Below, piece after piece: positions 19,729 through 28,351 of a stretch of DNA of 64,000 nt. The stretch comes from an uncultured Anaerolineales bacterium (lineage in GTDB: Bacteria; Chloroflexota; Anaerolineae; B4-G1), in NCBI GenBank assembly GCA_964575455.1, contig CAZNRX010000007.1, forward strand, positions 2,252 through 66,251, written 5' to 3'. The translations under genes were made by a program, and so were the position numbers. Under the pieces are notes generated by a model. The model was not told the origin of the DNA and made no database searches. It saw only the letters and a program-made list of their open reading frames with translations. Within the stretch, counting starts at the first letter, position 1; the number at the start of each line of letters is the position of its first letter.

Positions 19729-20799
19729 CTAGTTGGAGATCGGATAGCGGCCGTATCTCTCCGCCGCTCGAATCAGAGCTTCAATGTTCTCTAGGGGGGT
19801 CTCTCCGTCCAGGCAACCGGAGGCACTGAGGACGTACCCGCCTCCCGGACCCGCGTCGAGGATCTGCTGGCGGCACGTCTGCTCCACTTCCTCAGGAGTG
19901 CCCTTGAGGAGCACGCCGTGGTGGGGATCAAGGTTGCCGATGAGGGCGATCTCTTCGCCGACTCGTCGCTTCGCGTCACCGATCTCGACGTCGGGGGCCA
20001 ACTGGAGCGCGTCGACGCCGGTGTCGACGTAGAGCTCAAGCAGGTGAGCCACTCGGTAGCAGTTGTGGGCGATGGTGATCACGTCGTCGGGTATGCTCTC
20101 CACGAGGCGCTTCATGTACTGTCCCGAGAAGGCCTCCCAATGCTCGGGGGACAGTTGTGACCCCGAATCATCGGAGAACATGATCTGCCGTATGGTTCCT
20201 CCGGTCGCTTCGTACTGGGCGTTGGCCCACATAATGCAGGTCTCGGTGATCACGTCCATCAGTGCGTGGACTCCGTCGGGATCTTCGTATAGGTCCTCGA
20301 AGAGTTCGGTCGCGCCCCGCACGAGGAGTGCCACGTCGAAGGGGTCGTGGAGGAAGCCAGCTGTGACCTCGAAGCCGTGCTCCGGCAAGCGCTCGGCGAG
20401 CCAGCGGAAATGGTCCAGCACCATAGGCATGCGACCATCGCGCTCGGGGTCGGGAATGTCTAGCTTCGCAACATCCCGCCGCAGATCGTGGACAATGGGA
20501 TTGGCATGGGGCGTTTGTTCCTCAAGCACGACGATCTCGCATCCCAGCGCGGACGCCTCAACCGTCGAGCCACAGGAGGCCCGGAACCCCGGGAAGTACT
20601 GCAGATCCGGAAAGCGGGTGTAGAATTCGACCATGGCCCGGAGCTGAAGCTCACGGTCCTCATACCACTCCTCCGGCTCCACGCCGTAGTGAGGGGCGAA
20701 GAAGGCACTGGTCACCCACGGGCAAGCCGGGACCCGGTCGGGCTCCTCCAGCTTCATGGTGGTGACGAAGCGCTCCTCGGGGGTCATCTCATGGGGCAT
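19729..20799 (-). CDS. URO-D-like family protein (MtaA/CmuA-type), second paralog
   Basis: Homology begins at MPHEMTPEERFV (M119 of the track ORF), which has a GGAGA RBS. HNC and SGC putative Zn ligands. The upstream 118 codons are repeat-derived and non-coding. Confidence 0.7.
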   Translation of the reverse strand: MPHEMTPEERFVTTMKLEEPDRVPACPWVTSAFFAPHYGVEPEEWYEDRELQLRAMVEFYTRFPDLQYFPGFRASCGSTVEASALGCEIVVLEEQTPHANPIVHDLRRDVAKLDIPDPERDGRMPMVLDHFRWLAERLPEHGFEVTAGFLHDPFDVALLVRGATELFEDLYEDPDGVHALMDVITETCIMWANAQYEATGGTIRQIMFSDDSGSQLSPEHWEAFSGQYMKRLVESIPDDVITIAHNCYRVAHLLELYVDTGVDALQLAPDVEIGDAKRRVGEEIALIGNLDPHHGVLLKGTPEEVEQTCRQQILDAGPGGGYVLSASGCLDGETPLENIEALIRAAERYGRYPISN

Positions 20800-21075
20800 G
20801 ATCGATCTCCTTTGGTTAGAGCTCTCTCGGTTGCGAACCAGCATATCATATTTGTGTACATTTGTCAAGTGGTTGAACAAGCGTTCATGCCGCAAGGTGC
20901 ACGCGGTCCCGTATGGGCGCCGGTCGCGACAGAATGATACTGAGGATGCACGAAGAGGCTTGGAGATATCTGAACGGACGGGGATGTGCCCGTGACACCA
21001 AGCCGCCTTCGAGACGAACTTATAGTCAGCCGAAGATGCCAAGCCAGTATCCGCCGGGAGCGGAATACTCAACGC

Positions 21076-21190
21076 GGTCACCCGGGTCGACACTGTCACC
21101 CAGGTCGACACTGTCACCCAGGTCGACACTGTCACCCGGGTCGACGCTGTCACCGGGTCGACGCTGTCACCGGGTCGACGCTGTCACCGG
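21076..21190. repeat. Tandem direct repeat, about 6.5 copies of a 17-18-bp unit GTCGACRCTGTCACC(C)RG, each carrying a SalI-type GTCGAC palindrome
   Basis: Read directly from the sequence. Lies between the stop of the bactofilin-like gene and the start of the URO-D-like gene. Confidence 0.9.
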
Positions 21191-21194
21191 TGCT

Positions 21195-22367
21195 CTAGCC
21201 TTCCTTGCTCGCTGTATCCTCTTCTACCTCCTCGCCCTCGACCTCGATTGTTGGCTCGGGTCGCTGCGCCTCTCTCTGTTGAGGCGCGGTCGGGCCTTCC
21301 ACGGAGGGCGGTGGCGGGGCAGGAGCGACCGGCTTTCGGGTCTGACGGGGATATGCGCCATTCCCAGGCACGTATGGCGTGGTGCCGAAACGCGTCAGCA
21401 CGACGGCGCCAAGCCCAAAGCATCCGATCACGAAGGTCAGTAGCCATCCCAGGGGAGACAGGCAGAAGGCTGTGCTGAGCCCCACGGTGATCAGGGTGAT
21501 GATCAACGTGCCCAAGCCAGCGCTCCACAGCGGCGCCACCTCACCTGCGTTAAGTGCCCGCAACAACCGCTCTCCAAGCCGAGCGCCGATGGCGATCCAT
21601 CCAAATAGCCCGGCCGTACTCAGGGCGAGCGCCACCAGTGCCGCCGCGGGGGAGAGACAGATGGTGATTGCCAAAGCGATGATCAGGGTTACACCAGCGA
21701 CAATCGTCAGGAACCCCACCCCCAGGCTGGTCCCTGGCGCTTCGAAGACGGCACCTCCAACCTGGTCAGTTGCCTTTGGCCAGATCAGCGCCACGATGCC
21801 TCCTATGGCAGCTATCACGAGCACTGTCACCACGCGCCGCACGATGCGGAAGATCCACCGCAGCAGGTGCTCGGGGCCGGACCGCCAGAACGGCTCTGAC
21901 TCGAAGGTCGGTGCCTCTATTCGCAGACCGGGCTCGCCCAGCTCGCCAAAGGGGATCCCGCGCAGGGACGGGCCTTCGATGAGATCTCCGTCGACGCGAG
22001 CGTCCTCCACCTGCTCGATGTCGCAGTTCCACGTGCACACAACGTCGCCCTGGACGTGGGCGTTCTCTTCCAGCCGGATGTCGCCGTTTGAAGCGACCAG
22101 GTTGCCCTCCACGACGCCGTCTATGTCGGCATTGCCGTTCCAGACAACCACGTCCCCCTTGACTCGACTTCCGGACTCTAGGGTTGCGTCGCCGTTGAAG
22201 ACGACCAGGTCGCCGTCCAGTTCTTCATCCTCGGCAAGGGTGTAGTCCTCGTTCCAGATGACGACGCCGTCATTTGGTTGGTCGCTCGCTGCTGTCACCG
22301 TTGTGACCGGGAGCAACAGCGCTCCGAGGATGATCACCGTTAACAGAACTATCATTCGCCTATACAT
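21195..22367 (-). CDS. Membrane protein with bactofilin-like (polymer-forming, DUF583-type) beta-helical repeats, a multi-TM domain and a Pro-rich acidic tail
   Basis: Signal/TM segment, then repeated GDVVV.NG / GDL.V.NG motifs, then about 6 TM helices. Start at MYRRM with a GGAGGTG RBS. Confidence 0.55.
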   Translation of the reverse strand: MYRRMIVLLTVIILGALLLPVTTVTAASDQPNDGVVIWNEDYTLAEDEELDGDLVVFNGDATLESGSRVKGDVVVWNGNADIDGVVEGNLVASNGDIRLEENAHVQGDVVCTWNCDIEQVEDARVDGDLIEGPSLRGIPFGELGEPGLRIEAPTFESEPFWRSGPEHLLRWIFRIVRRVVTVLVIAAIGGIVALIWPKATDQVGGAVFEAPGTSLGVGFLTIVAGVTLIIALAITICLSPAAALVALALSTAGLFGWIAIGARLGERLLRALNAGEVAPLWSAGLGTLIITLITVGLSTAFCLSPLGWLLTFVIGCFGLGAVVLTRFGTTPYVPGNGAYPRQTRKPVAPAPPPPSVEGPTAPQQREAQRPEPTIEVEGEEVEEDTASKEG

Positions 22368-22414
22368 GTTTGCACCTCCGTTATAGCTCCGGAAGAATGG
22401 CTCCAAAGGAGCCC

Positions 22415-23311
22415 TTAGTCTCTAGCACCTTCCTCAATCAAACGTACGTTGCCGACTCCTGTCGTGACATCTATGTGCAGATTGACGTCCGTCTCGCCGA
22501 AGGCATTGTTCGTGTAGGTGCCGCCCATCTGTCTCAGTCCATAGGCCTCAACGTTGGTCAAGCCCCCCTTTGTCTCGATCTCGACGCCGACATCAGAGGG
22601 AAGGGTCAGCCTGAGCGCTCCGGCCCCGGCTCTGATCGTGATGTCGGACGAACGCGTCCAGGCCCCGGTCAGGTCCATAGCAATGTCGCCGAGGCCTCCT
22701 TGAAGCCTGACCTCCTTGGGGCTGGCGTGTCCAAGACCGATCACCTCGATCTTGGAAGCGCCCGTATCCAGGGTCATATGGTCCATCGGTGTCACACTTG
22801 GCTCGTCAAAGCGGAGGGTGAAATCTCCTGCTCCGACATCCACGTCGAGCTCGGAGATCTGAAGCCCCGTAAAATCGAGCTCACCGGCTCCGGCTCCGGC
22901 TCTCATGTTCATCGCCAGGATCACCTGTGGTGAGAACTCGAGCTCCCATCTGTTCCGTACATTCCCACTCGGAATGCCCCACTTATCCTTGCTTCCTCCC
23001 TGTTTGATCGTCAGCTTGTTTTCCTCGTGCGTGATCTCTGGCGCCCACTGCTCGACGTTGTAGCGAAAGACGCCCATGAACAGCTTGTCGGAGACAACGG
23101 CTTCGGTCTCAAGCCTCCCTGCACCGAAGATGACGTCGACGTCCGCTGTGTTCTCTTCGGGGAGGGGAATGGAGTGTCTCTCCTCCTTGACATCCCCGAC
23201 TTCGATTGTCGGTACGTTGATGTTGATCTCCGGCACCTGGGGCGTGATGGTGCATGCCAGGGTGGCTATCGACAGGGCCAGCGCAGCGGATAGTATCGTA
23301 AGCTTTCTCAT
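22415..23311 (-). CDS. Lipoprotein with DUF4097-like (putative adhesin / beta-helix) domain
   Basis: Lipobox ATLAC, then a repetitive beta-strand-rich region (GAGAG..DFTLRF etc.). Start re-called at MRKLTIL with a GGAGAGG RBS; the track ORF extends about 170 aa into the anti-sigma gene. Confidence 0.6.
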   Translation of the reverse strand: MRKLTILSAALALSIATLACTITPQVPEININVPTIEVGDVKEERHSIPLPEENTADVDVIFGAGRLETEAVVSDKLFMGVFRYNVEQWAPEITHEENKLTIKQGGSKDKWGIPSGNVRNRWELEFSPQVILAMNMRAGAGAGELDFTGLQISELDVDVGAGDFTLRFDEPSVTPMDHMTLDTGASKIEVIGLGHASPKEVRLQGGLGDIAMDLTGAWTRSSDITIRAGAGALRLTLPSDVGVEIETKGGLTNVEAYGLRQMGGTYTNNAFGETDVNLHIDVTTGVGNVRLIEEGARD

Positions 23312-23382
23312 ATCCATCCTCTCCCATTCATCTCTATCTGCTTCTTCGTCGTCTATCCTTGCTCTCTTGACCACTCGCGTCG

Positions 23383-23916
23383 TCAGCGCGTTGCGCGCAG
23401 CTTGCGCATCGTGCCAATCCACAATCCATTCAGCGCCGCGGTCAGCAGGAGGCTGCCTGAAGCCAAGACGGCGAGCGGCACGGCGAACTGATCCAGGAGG
23501 ACAAGCAGCACGCGGCCCAGGCCATCGACGAGGGTCAGGAGCTGCGTGACGGTCTTCACGCCCCCGATGAGCAGAGCTGGCGCGACGCCCAGGTTGCCCA
23601 GCAGCCCCAAGGCAATGGGGACGAGGGTCAGTAGCGCCACGACCGTTGCGCCCAGCGCCAGTGTCAGGCCGCCAACGATGGCGCGGCGGGCCTGCTCCCT
23701 GCGGTTGATGCGGGCCATGACCTGAGCATGCAGATGAAGAGGGGCCGATCTCATTGGCGTCGACCGGAGCAAGCGATCCAAGGCATGCATCCTCTGCCAC
23801 TCGGCTCGACACGCGCTGCACGTGGTCAGGTGTTCCTCCAGCTCCTTGCTCGCTGCTTGGTCAAGATGGCCATCCAGTCGGTCTGCCATCAGGTGGCTAG
23901 CTCGTCTGCAGTGCAT
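23383..23916 (-). CDS. Anti-sigma factor (zf-HC2 type, single TM)
   Basis: MHCRR...LDGHLD....HLTTCSACRAEW matches the zf-HC2 putative zinc finger, followed by a C-terminal TM segment. GGAAGGAG RBS. Overlaps the end of the sigma gene. Confidence 0.7.
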   Translation of the reverse strand: MHCRRASHLMADRLDGHLDQAASKELEEHLTTCSACRAEWQRMHALDRLLRSTPMRSAPLHLHAQVMARINRREQARRAIVGGLTLALGATVVALLTLVPIALGLLGNLGVAPALLIGGVKTVTQLLTLVDGLGRVLLVLLDQFAVPLAVLASGSLLLTAALNGLWIGTMRKLRATR

Positions 23917-24490
23917 ACGCTTCTCCTTCCATCTGCTCCGCCAGAGCGCGTCGAGCACGATAGAGTCTTGATTTGACCGCGCTCACCGTCAGCTCCAGCG
24001 TCTCCGCGATCTCTTTGTAGGGATAGTCATACCAGTAATGCAGGGTTATCGCCGCTCGGTCTGTGGGGGATAGGGTGCTCATAAGCTTCTGGATCCAGGC
24101 CTCCCGATCCCGATCGGTTACCACGGTCTCCGGGTTGGGGACCTTTCCCGACCAGGCGCTCGCCGTCCCGGCTGGCTCTGCGATCTCCTCCTTCAGCGGC
24201 ATCCAGTCGATCCTCCGGCGTCTCAGCCGATCAATACAATAGTGAGAGGCGATGGAAAAGAGCCAGGTGTTGAAGGGCCGCCGCGGGTCGTAGCTATCAA
24301 GGTATCTGTAGGCCCTGATGAACGCCTCCTGAGCCGCATCCTCGGCTTCTGGCGCGTTCCCCAACATCCGATACGTTAGGTTGTATATAGGGTTCTGGTA
24401 GGCTTCCACCAAACGCCCGAAAGCCTCCTTGTCTCCCTCTCGAGCTGCCTCGATCCATCTTTCTTCGTCAGTCACTGGGTGGGATGCCAC
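23897..24490 (-). CDS. ECF (sigma-70 family, group IV) RNA polymerase sigma factor
   Basis: Region 2 (FGRLVEAYQNPIYNLTYRMLGN...DAAQEAFIRAYR) and region 4 (YKEIAETLELTVSAVKSRLYRAR). 197 aa. Confidence 0.85.
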   Translation of the reverse strand: MASHPVTDEERWIEAAREGDKEAFGRLVEAYQNPIYNLTYRMLGNAPEAEDAAQEAFIRAYRYLDSYDPRRPFNTWLFSIASHYCIDRLRRRRIDWMPLKEEIAEPAGTASAWSGKVPNPETVVTDRDREAWIQKLMSTLSPTDRAAITLHYWYDYPYKEIAETLELTVSAVKSRLYRARRALAEQMEGEAYALQTS

Positions 24491-24582
24491 CTACACGCTC
24501 CATGGGTCCTCTCTGTCTTCAGAATTCCGATGCCTGGCACTATGCACTACGTATTATAGTCGATAAAGTTGCGGCCAAAAGC

Positions 24583-24622
24583 AAGGTGACCGGCACTTGT
24601 GGTTTGAAGTGCCGGTCACCTT
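24583..24622. promoter_or_regulatory. Perfect 16-bp inverted repeat (AAGGTGACCGGCACTT / AAGTGCCGGTCACCTT) with an 8-nt loop, in a divergent intergenic region
   Basis: Read directly from the sequence. Both flanking genes point away from it, so it is an operator or leader-structure candidate rather than a terminator. Confidence 0.5.
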
Positions 24623-24738
24623 TGGTTGCCTAATGTCAGAATAGCGAGTATACTTGTTGGATGGGTAAGGTGCCTAGCGTTGGACGGGTGAGGTGCCTGG
24701 CACGTTTACTCGCGTTCAATTGGGTCGAGGAGACAACT

Positions 24739-26205
24739 ATGTGGCAAGTGTATGACACCCCTACCAGTATCGACGACGCCCTGCGGCTTCTTGCTGAGCG
24801 CGGCCCCAAGGCTCGTATCATCGCCGGTGGGACCGATCTGTTGGTCGAGCTAAAGCGGGGCACTCTAGAGGCTGACAGCTTGATCGACATCACTCGCATC
24901 GGCGGGCTGAATCGCGTAGCGCTGGATGACGGACCTTCCGATTCACGCATTCACATAGGGCCGACCGTGACGCACAACAGCGCTGTGGCCGCGGATCTGC
25001 TGTTCGAACGGGGATACCCGCTGGCATCAGCTTGCTGGCAGGTCGGCACGCCGCAGCTGCGCAATCGCGGCACAATTGCGGGCAATCTGGTCACGGCATC
25101 CCCGGCCAACGACACGATCACGGCGCTCTGGGCTTTGGATGCCAGGCTGAGGTTGAGCAGCGTGGATGGCGAGAGGAAGCTCTCATTCCCCGATTTCTAT
25201 CAAGGGGTGCGTCAGACGGCTTTGGCACCCTATGAGATGGTGACGGACATCTCCTTCCCAGCCCTGCGGCCTAATCAGCGCGGTACGTTCGTGAAGCTGG
25301 CTCTGCGACGGGTACACGCGATCTCCGTGGTCAACGCGGCGGTCGTGCTCTCCTTCGATGAATCGACTGTCACTGGGGCTCGTATCGCGATGGGTAGTGT
25401 GGCCCCCACCGTGATTCGCGCGCGCGAGGCGGAGGGCGCTTTGGTGGGCAGGAAGCTGAGTGCGGAGAGTATCGAGAGAGCCGCGGAGTTGGCTGGGAGA
25501 GCGACGTCCTGTATCGACGACATCCGCTCGGGGGCCGATTATCGTCAGGAGGTCATCACGGTGTTGGTACGTCGTGCACTGGCGTCGCTCCGCGCCGGGG
25601 ACGAGAAAGAGGCATATCCCGACGTGCCGGCGATGCTGTGGGGTACCACGAGCGGCACTTACCCGCGCCTGGCAGGCAAGACGGTGTGTCACCATCGCGA
25701 GGGCCTTGAGCCGATTGAGTTTGTGGTCAACGGTGAGAACGTGGTCATACAGGGAGCCAATCATAAGACGTTGCTGGAGATGCTGCGCCAGGACCTGGGC
25801 CTCACGGGAACGAAGAACGGCTGTGGCGAGGGGGAATGCGGCGCCTGCACAGTCTGGATGGACGGGATCGCCGTGCTGGCCTGCCTGACGCCGGCGCCAC
25901 GCGCCCACGGCACGCACATCGTCACCATTGAGGGGCTTCCGGGAGGGACTGACGTCCTTACTGCAGATGGGCTTCACCCGGTGCAGCAGGCCTTCATCGA
26001 CGAGGGTGCGGTCCAGTGCGGGTACTGCACTCCGGGGTTCGTGATGGCGGGGGCGAACTTGCTGGAGGAGATTCTGGAGCCCACGCGAGAGCAGATCGAG
26101 ATTGGACTGAGCGGGAATCTGTGCCGCTGCACGGGCTACTACAAGATCGTGCGGGCCATTGAGAAGGCCGCGGGTTTTGATCCAGGCCTTCCTCTCGGGG
26201 AGTGA
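24739..26205 (+). CDS. Xanthine-dehydrogenase-family medium/small fused subunit (FAD-binding CoxM-like domain fused to [2Fe-2S] CoxS-like domain)
   Basis: N-terminal FAD-binding molybdopterin-dehydrogenase domain (IIAGGTDLLVELK). C-terminal two [2Fe-2S] cysteine clusters (CGEGECGACTV; CRCTGY). Start re-called at MWQVYDT with a GAGGAG RBS. Confidence 0.85.
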   Translation: MWQVYDTPTSIDDALRLLAERGPKARIIAGGTDLLVELKRGTLEADSLIDITRIGGLNRVALDDGPSDSRIHIGPTVTHNSAVAADLLFERGYPLASACWQVGTPQLRNRGTIAGNLVTASPANDTITALWALDARLRLSSVDGERKLSFPDFYQGVRQTALAPYEMVTDISFPALRPNQRGTFVKLALRRVHAISVVNAAVVLSFDESTVTGARIAMGSVAPTVIRAREAEGALVGRKLSAESIERAAELAGRATSCIDDIRSGADYRQEVITVLVRRALASLRAGDEKEAYPDVPAMLWGTTSGTYPRLAGKTVCHHREGLEPIEFVVNGENVVIQGANHKTLLEMLRQDLGLTGTKNGCGEGECGACTVWMDGIAVLACLTPAPRAHGTHIVTIEGLPGGTDVLTADGLHPVQQAFIDEGAVQCGYCTPGFVMAGANLLEEILEPTREQIEIGLSGNLCRCTGYYKIVRAIEKAAGFDPGLPLGE

Positions 26206-26220
26206 GAGCGTAAGGTGGGC

Positions 26221-26317
26221 GGCTTAGGCTTCGCACGCTTGGTGCTTCACCTCCCTCTTATCCCCCCCGGAGGGAGGGAAGGTGGCGCTGTGGGCACGTG
26301 CAACGCACCGGTGAGGG
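26221..26317. repeat. Intergenic composite repeat: GGCTTAGGCTTCGCACGCTT...CACGTGCAACGCA element carrying a nested C7-GGA-GGGAGGG hairpin core
   Basis: Same flanks as the 'empty' copy at 28285-28327. The core matches the in-ORF insertions. Confidence 0.8.
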
Positions 26318-26335
26318 GCGCGTCAGAAGGGTAGG

Positions 26336-28291
26336 ATGGAGAGGACCGTCCCCACCACCGGCAGTGAAGAGATCTCGCTCTACATGCGCACCTACTACTC
26401 CCTCCTGCGCACCACGGATGAGGTGCAGGTGCGCTCCTTCGTCGAATCACATCTGGGCATGAACTCATCCCTACACGTGGGGGCTCGCGATAAGGTACCG
26501 GACGTCGCGGTGCTCATCTACTGCTCGCTGCGCCTTCCACACGCGATTCGGCAGACCAGGTTGGTGGTGATGGGGCAGTCGGAGCGCGTCTTCGCTCGCC
26601 GCGGGTACGACAAGGTCGAGGAGTGGAGGCCGGTTGGAGCCCCAGGCCGTCGCCGCCGCACGTTCTTTGACGGTCACGAGACGATGGCAGCCTTCATCGC
26701 CAGCGTCTCCGATATCGACGACCTCATTCCGATGTTGACCGCTTTCCAGATTGAGTGGAACAAGATGTATCGGCGTCTGAAGGGTCACTCTCTATTGGAG
26801 AGATTGGAGGTACATCGCGATGTCCCCCCCTCTTATCCCCCCCAGAGGGGGGGAGGGAACACTCGCCCCCAGAGGGGGGGAGGGAACACTCGCCCCCAGA
26901 GGGACGGAGGGAACGCTCCCCCTCAAAGAGAGGTAGGGAATGCTCCCCCCGTCTTATTCCCCCCAGAGGGAGGGAGAGAAGCGCTGCGCCAAGAGATTGC
27001 AGAGGTGCTGGAGCTCAGCCTCGACGATCTAGGCCGCCTGGAATCGATCTGGGATGACCCGGGCCATTCGTTGTTCGATCTGCTGTGCGACGTGGGACGG
27101 GAGCCGAAGCAGTTCGCTGTGCGATTGTTGGCCGGCTCCCGGGTTGACTATCGGAAGGCCACGCGGCACTGGTGGGGTTTCATCGCCGACGCGTCGCCGG
27201 TCGACTTGAGCGAAAGGCCGGTTTACTTCATCTCCAGCAATGTGCACAGCGTGGTGAATATGCTGTCCGGATTTGCGCTACGGCGCGAGAAGGAGCTGAC
27301 ACGCCATCTCCGAGAGAAAGGCGATCATGAGCTGGCGGGTGGGGTGTCACCTGGAGAGTACGCTCGCATTCGCGATGGGGAGACCTCATCCCGGCTCGAG
27401 AATCTCCTCTACTTCATCCTCCGTGACTACATGGAGGTCCATCGCGACGACGAGATATGGGATGAGCGGGAGGAAGAGGAGGCCCTGTGCGGCATCAGGC
27501 ACATCGACAGCCACCACGTCTTTGACGTCGAGGCCCAGGTGATCGAGATGTGCCGCCTGTGCCCGGATTGGCTCGACCCGCGGTTGCGAGTGCCGGAGCT
27601 GGATAGGGCCGATGCAGCCGCTATGCTTCCTGGGCTTCGTGAGAGCGACGCCGTGATCGTCAACATCGACTACCCGCTGGGGATGGGAGCCTATCACATC
27701 CTTTCGCAGGTCGCTACAAGTGTCGATTCGCTTCGGGGCGTGTACAGCCTGGGCAAGGCCGCCACGCTCAACGGCCGCATCGGCGATGTGATGATCCCCT
27801 ATGTCGTTCACGACGAGCACTCCCGCAATACGTATCTGTTCAACAACTGTTTCACCGCCGCCAGCGTGGCGCCCTATCTTGTCCACGGCACGACGCTCGA
27901 CAATCAGAAGGCGATCAGTGTGCGAGGGACGTTTCTGCAGAACGAGCGCTATATGGATGTCTTCTACCGCGAGGGGTACACAGATATTGAGATGGAGGCC
28001 GGGCCATACCTCTCAGCTGTCTACGAGGCGGTGCGCCCCTCCCGCCATCCAACCAACGAGATCGTCACCCTCTACGCGGACACTGTGCCATTTGACGTCG
28101 GGATCATACACTACGCATCGGATACGCCGCTGGAGAAGGGCGGGTGGGATCAACCGAGGAACCTCGGTGCACAACGTCTCTCTTACTTCGGCGTGGATTC
28201 CACGTATGCGGCCACCGTGGCCATCCTGCGCCGGGTGCTGTGGCTGGAGACGCAGCGTGGGCAAGGGAAAGGTGCGTCGCATTGGGCTTAG
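26336..28291 (+). CDS. AMP-nucleosidase-like protein (PNP/UDP phosphorylase-fold C-terminal domain) with a long N-terminal extension
   Basis: The C-terminal VIVNIDYPLGMGA...LGKAATLNGRIGDVMIPYVVHDEH aligns by eye to the Amn catalytic region (ITLVNIGVGPSNA...IGHCGGLRESQAIGDYVLAHAYLRDDH). The N-terminal 250 aa are unassigned and contain a repeat insertion. Confidence 0.5.
   Translation: MERTVPTTGSEEISLYMRTYYSLLRTTDEVQVRSFVESHLGMNSSLHVGARDKVPDVAVLIYCSLRLPHAIRQTRLVVMGQSERVFARRGYDKVEEWRPVGAPGRRRRTFFDGHETMAAFIASVSDIDDLIPMLTAFQIEWNKMYRRLKGHSLLERLEVHRDVPPSYPPQRGGGNTRPQRGGGNTRPQRDGGNAPPQREVGNAPPVLFPPEGGREALRQEIAEVLELSLDDLGRLESIWDDPGHSLFDLLCDVGREPKQFAVRLLAGSRVDYRKATRHWWGFIADASPVDLSERPVYFISSNVHSVVNMLSGFALRREKELTRHLREKGDHELAGGVSPGEYARIRDGETSSRLENLLYFILRDYMEVHRDDEIWDEREEEEALCGIRHIDSHHVFDVEAQVIEMCRLCPDWLDPRLRVPELDRADAAAMLPGLRESDAVIVNIDYPLGMGAYHILSQVATSVDSLRGVYSLGKAATLNGRIGDVMIPYVVHDEHSRNTYLFNNCFTAASVAPYLVHGTTLDNQKAISVRGTFLQNERYMDVFYREGYTDIEMEAGPYLSAVYEAVRPSRHPTNEIVTLYADTVPFDVGIIHYASDTPLEKGGWDQPRNLGAQRLSYFGVDSTYAATVAILRRVLWLETQRGQGKGASHWA
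26824..26978 (+). repeat. In-frame repeat insertion: C7TCTTATC7-AGA-G7AGGG hairpin core with a 3x tandem 27-bp subunit
   Basis: Encodes PPSYPPQRGGGNTRPQRGGGNTRPQRDGGNAPPQREVGNAPPVLFPPEGGRE inside the AMN-like ORF. Read directly. Confidence 0.85.
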
Positions 28292-28327
28292 CGGCTGGCG
28301 CTTGGCACGTGCAACGCAGCGTTGTGA
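28285..28327. repeat. Intergenic GGCTTAG...CACGTGCAACGCA element ('empty' copy lacking the C-rich core)
   Basis: Sequence identity to the flanks of the 26221-26317 element. Confidence 0.7.
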
Positions 28328-28351
28328 GCCGCTGGAGATGAGGGATTCACT

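Noticed and set aside
21076-21190. Possible CRISPR array.
   Set aside because: The units are directly adjacent with no unique spacers, and there are no cas genes. It is a simple tandem repeat.
24491-24582. ECF-type autoregulatory promoter (GGAAC-N16-CGT) upstream of the sigma factor gene.
   Set aside because: Only a weak GGAAT...N17 match without a clear -10 CGT element. Not confident enough to annotate.
26824-26978. Possible CRISPR or frameshifted pseudogene at the repeat-containing regions of the AMN-like, XDH and UbiB genes.
   Set aside because: Reading frames are maintained across every element and the conserved blocks on both sides stay in frame. There are no spacer-like unique sequences.
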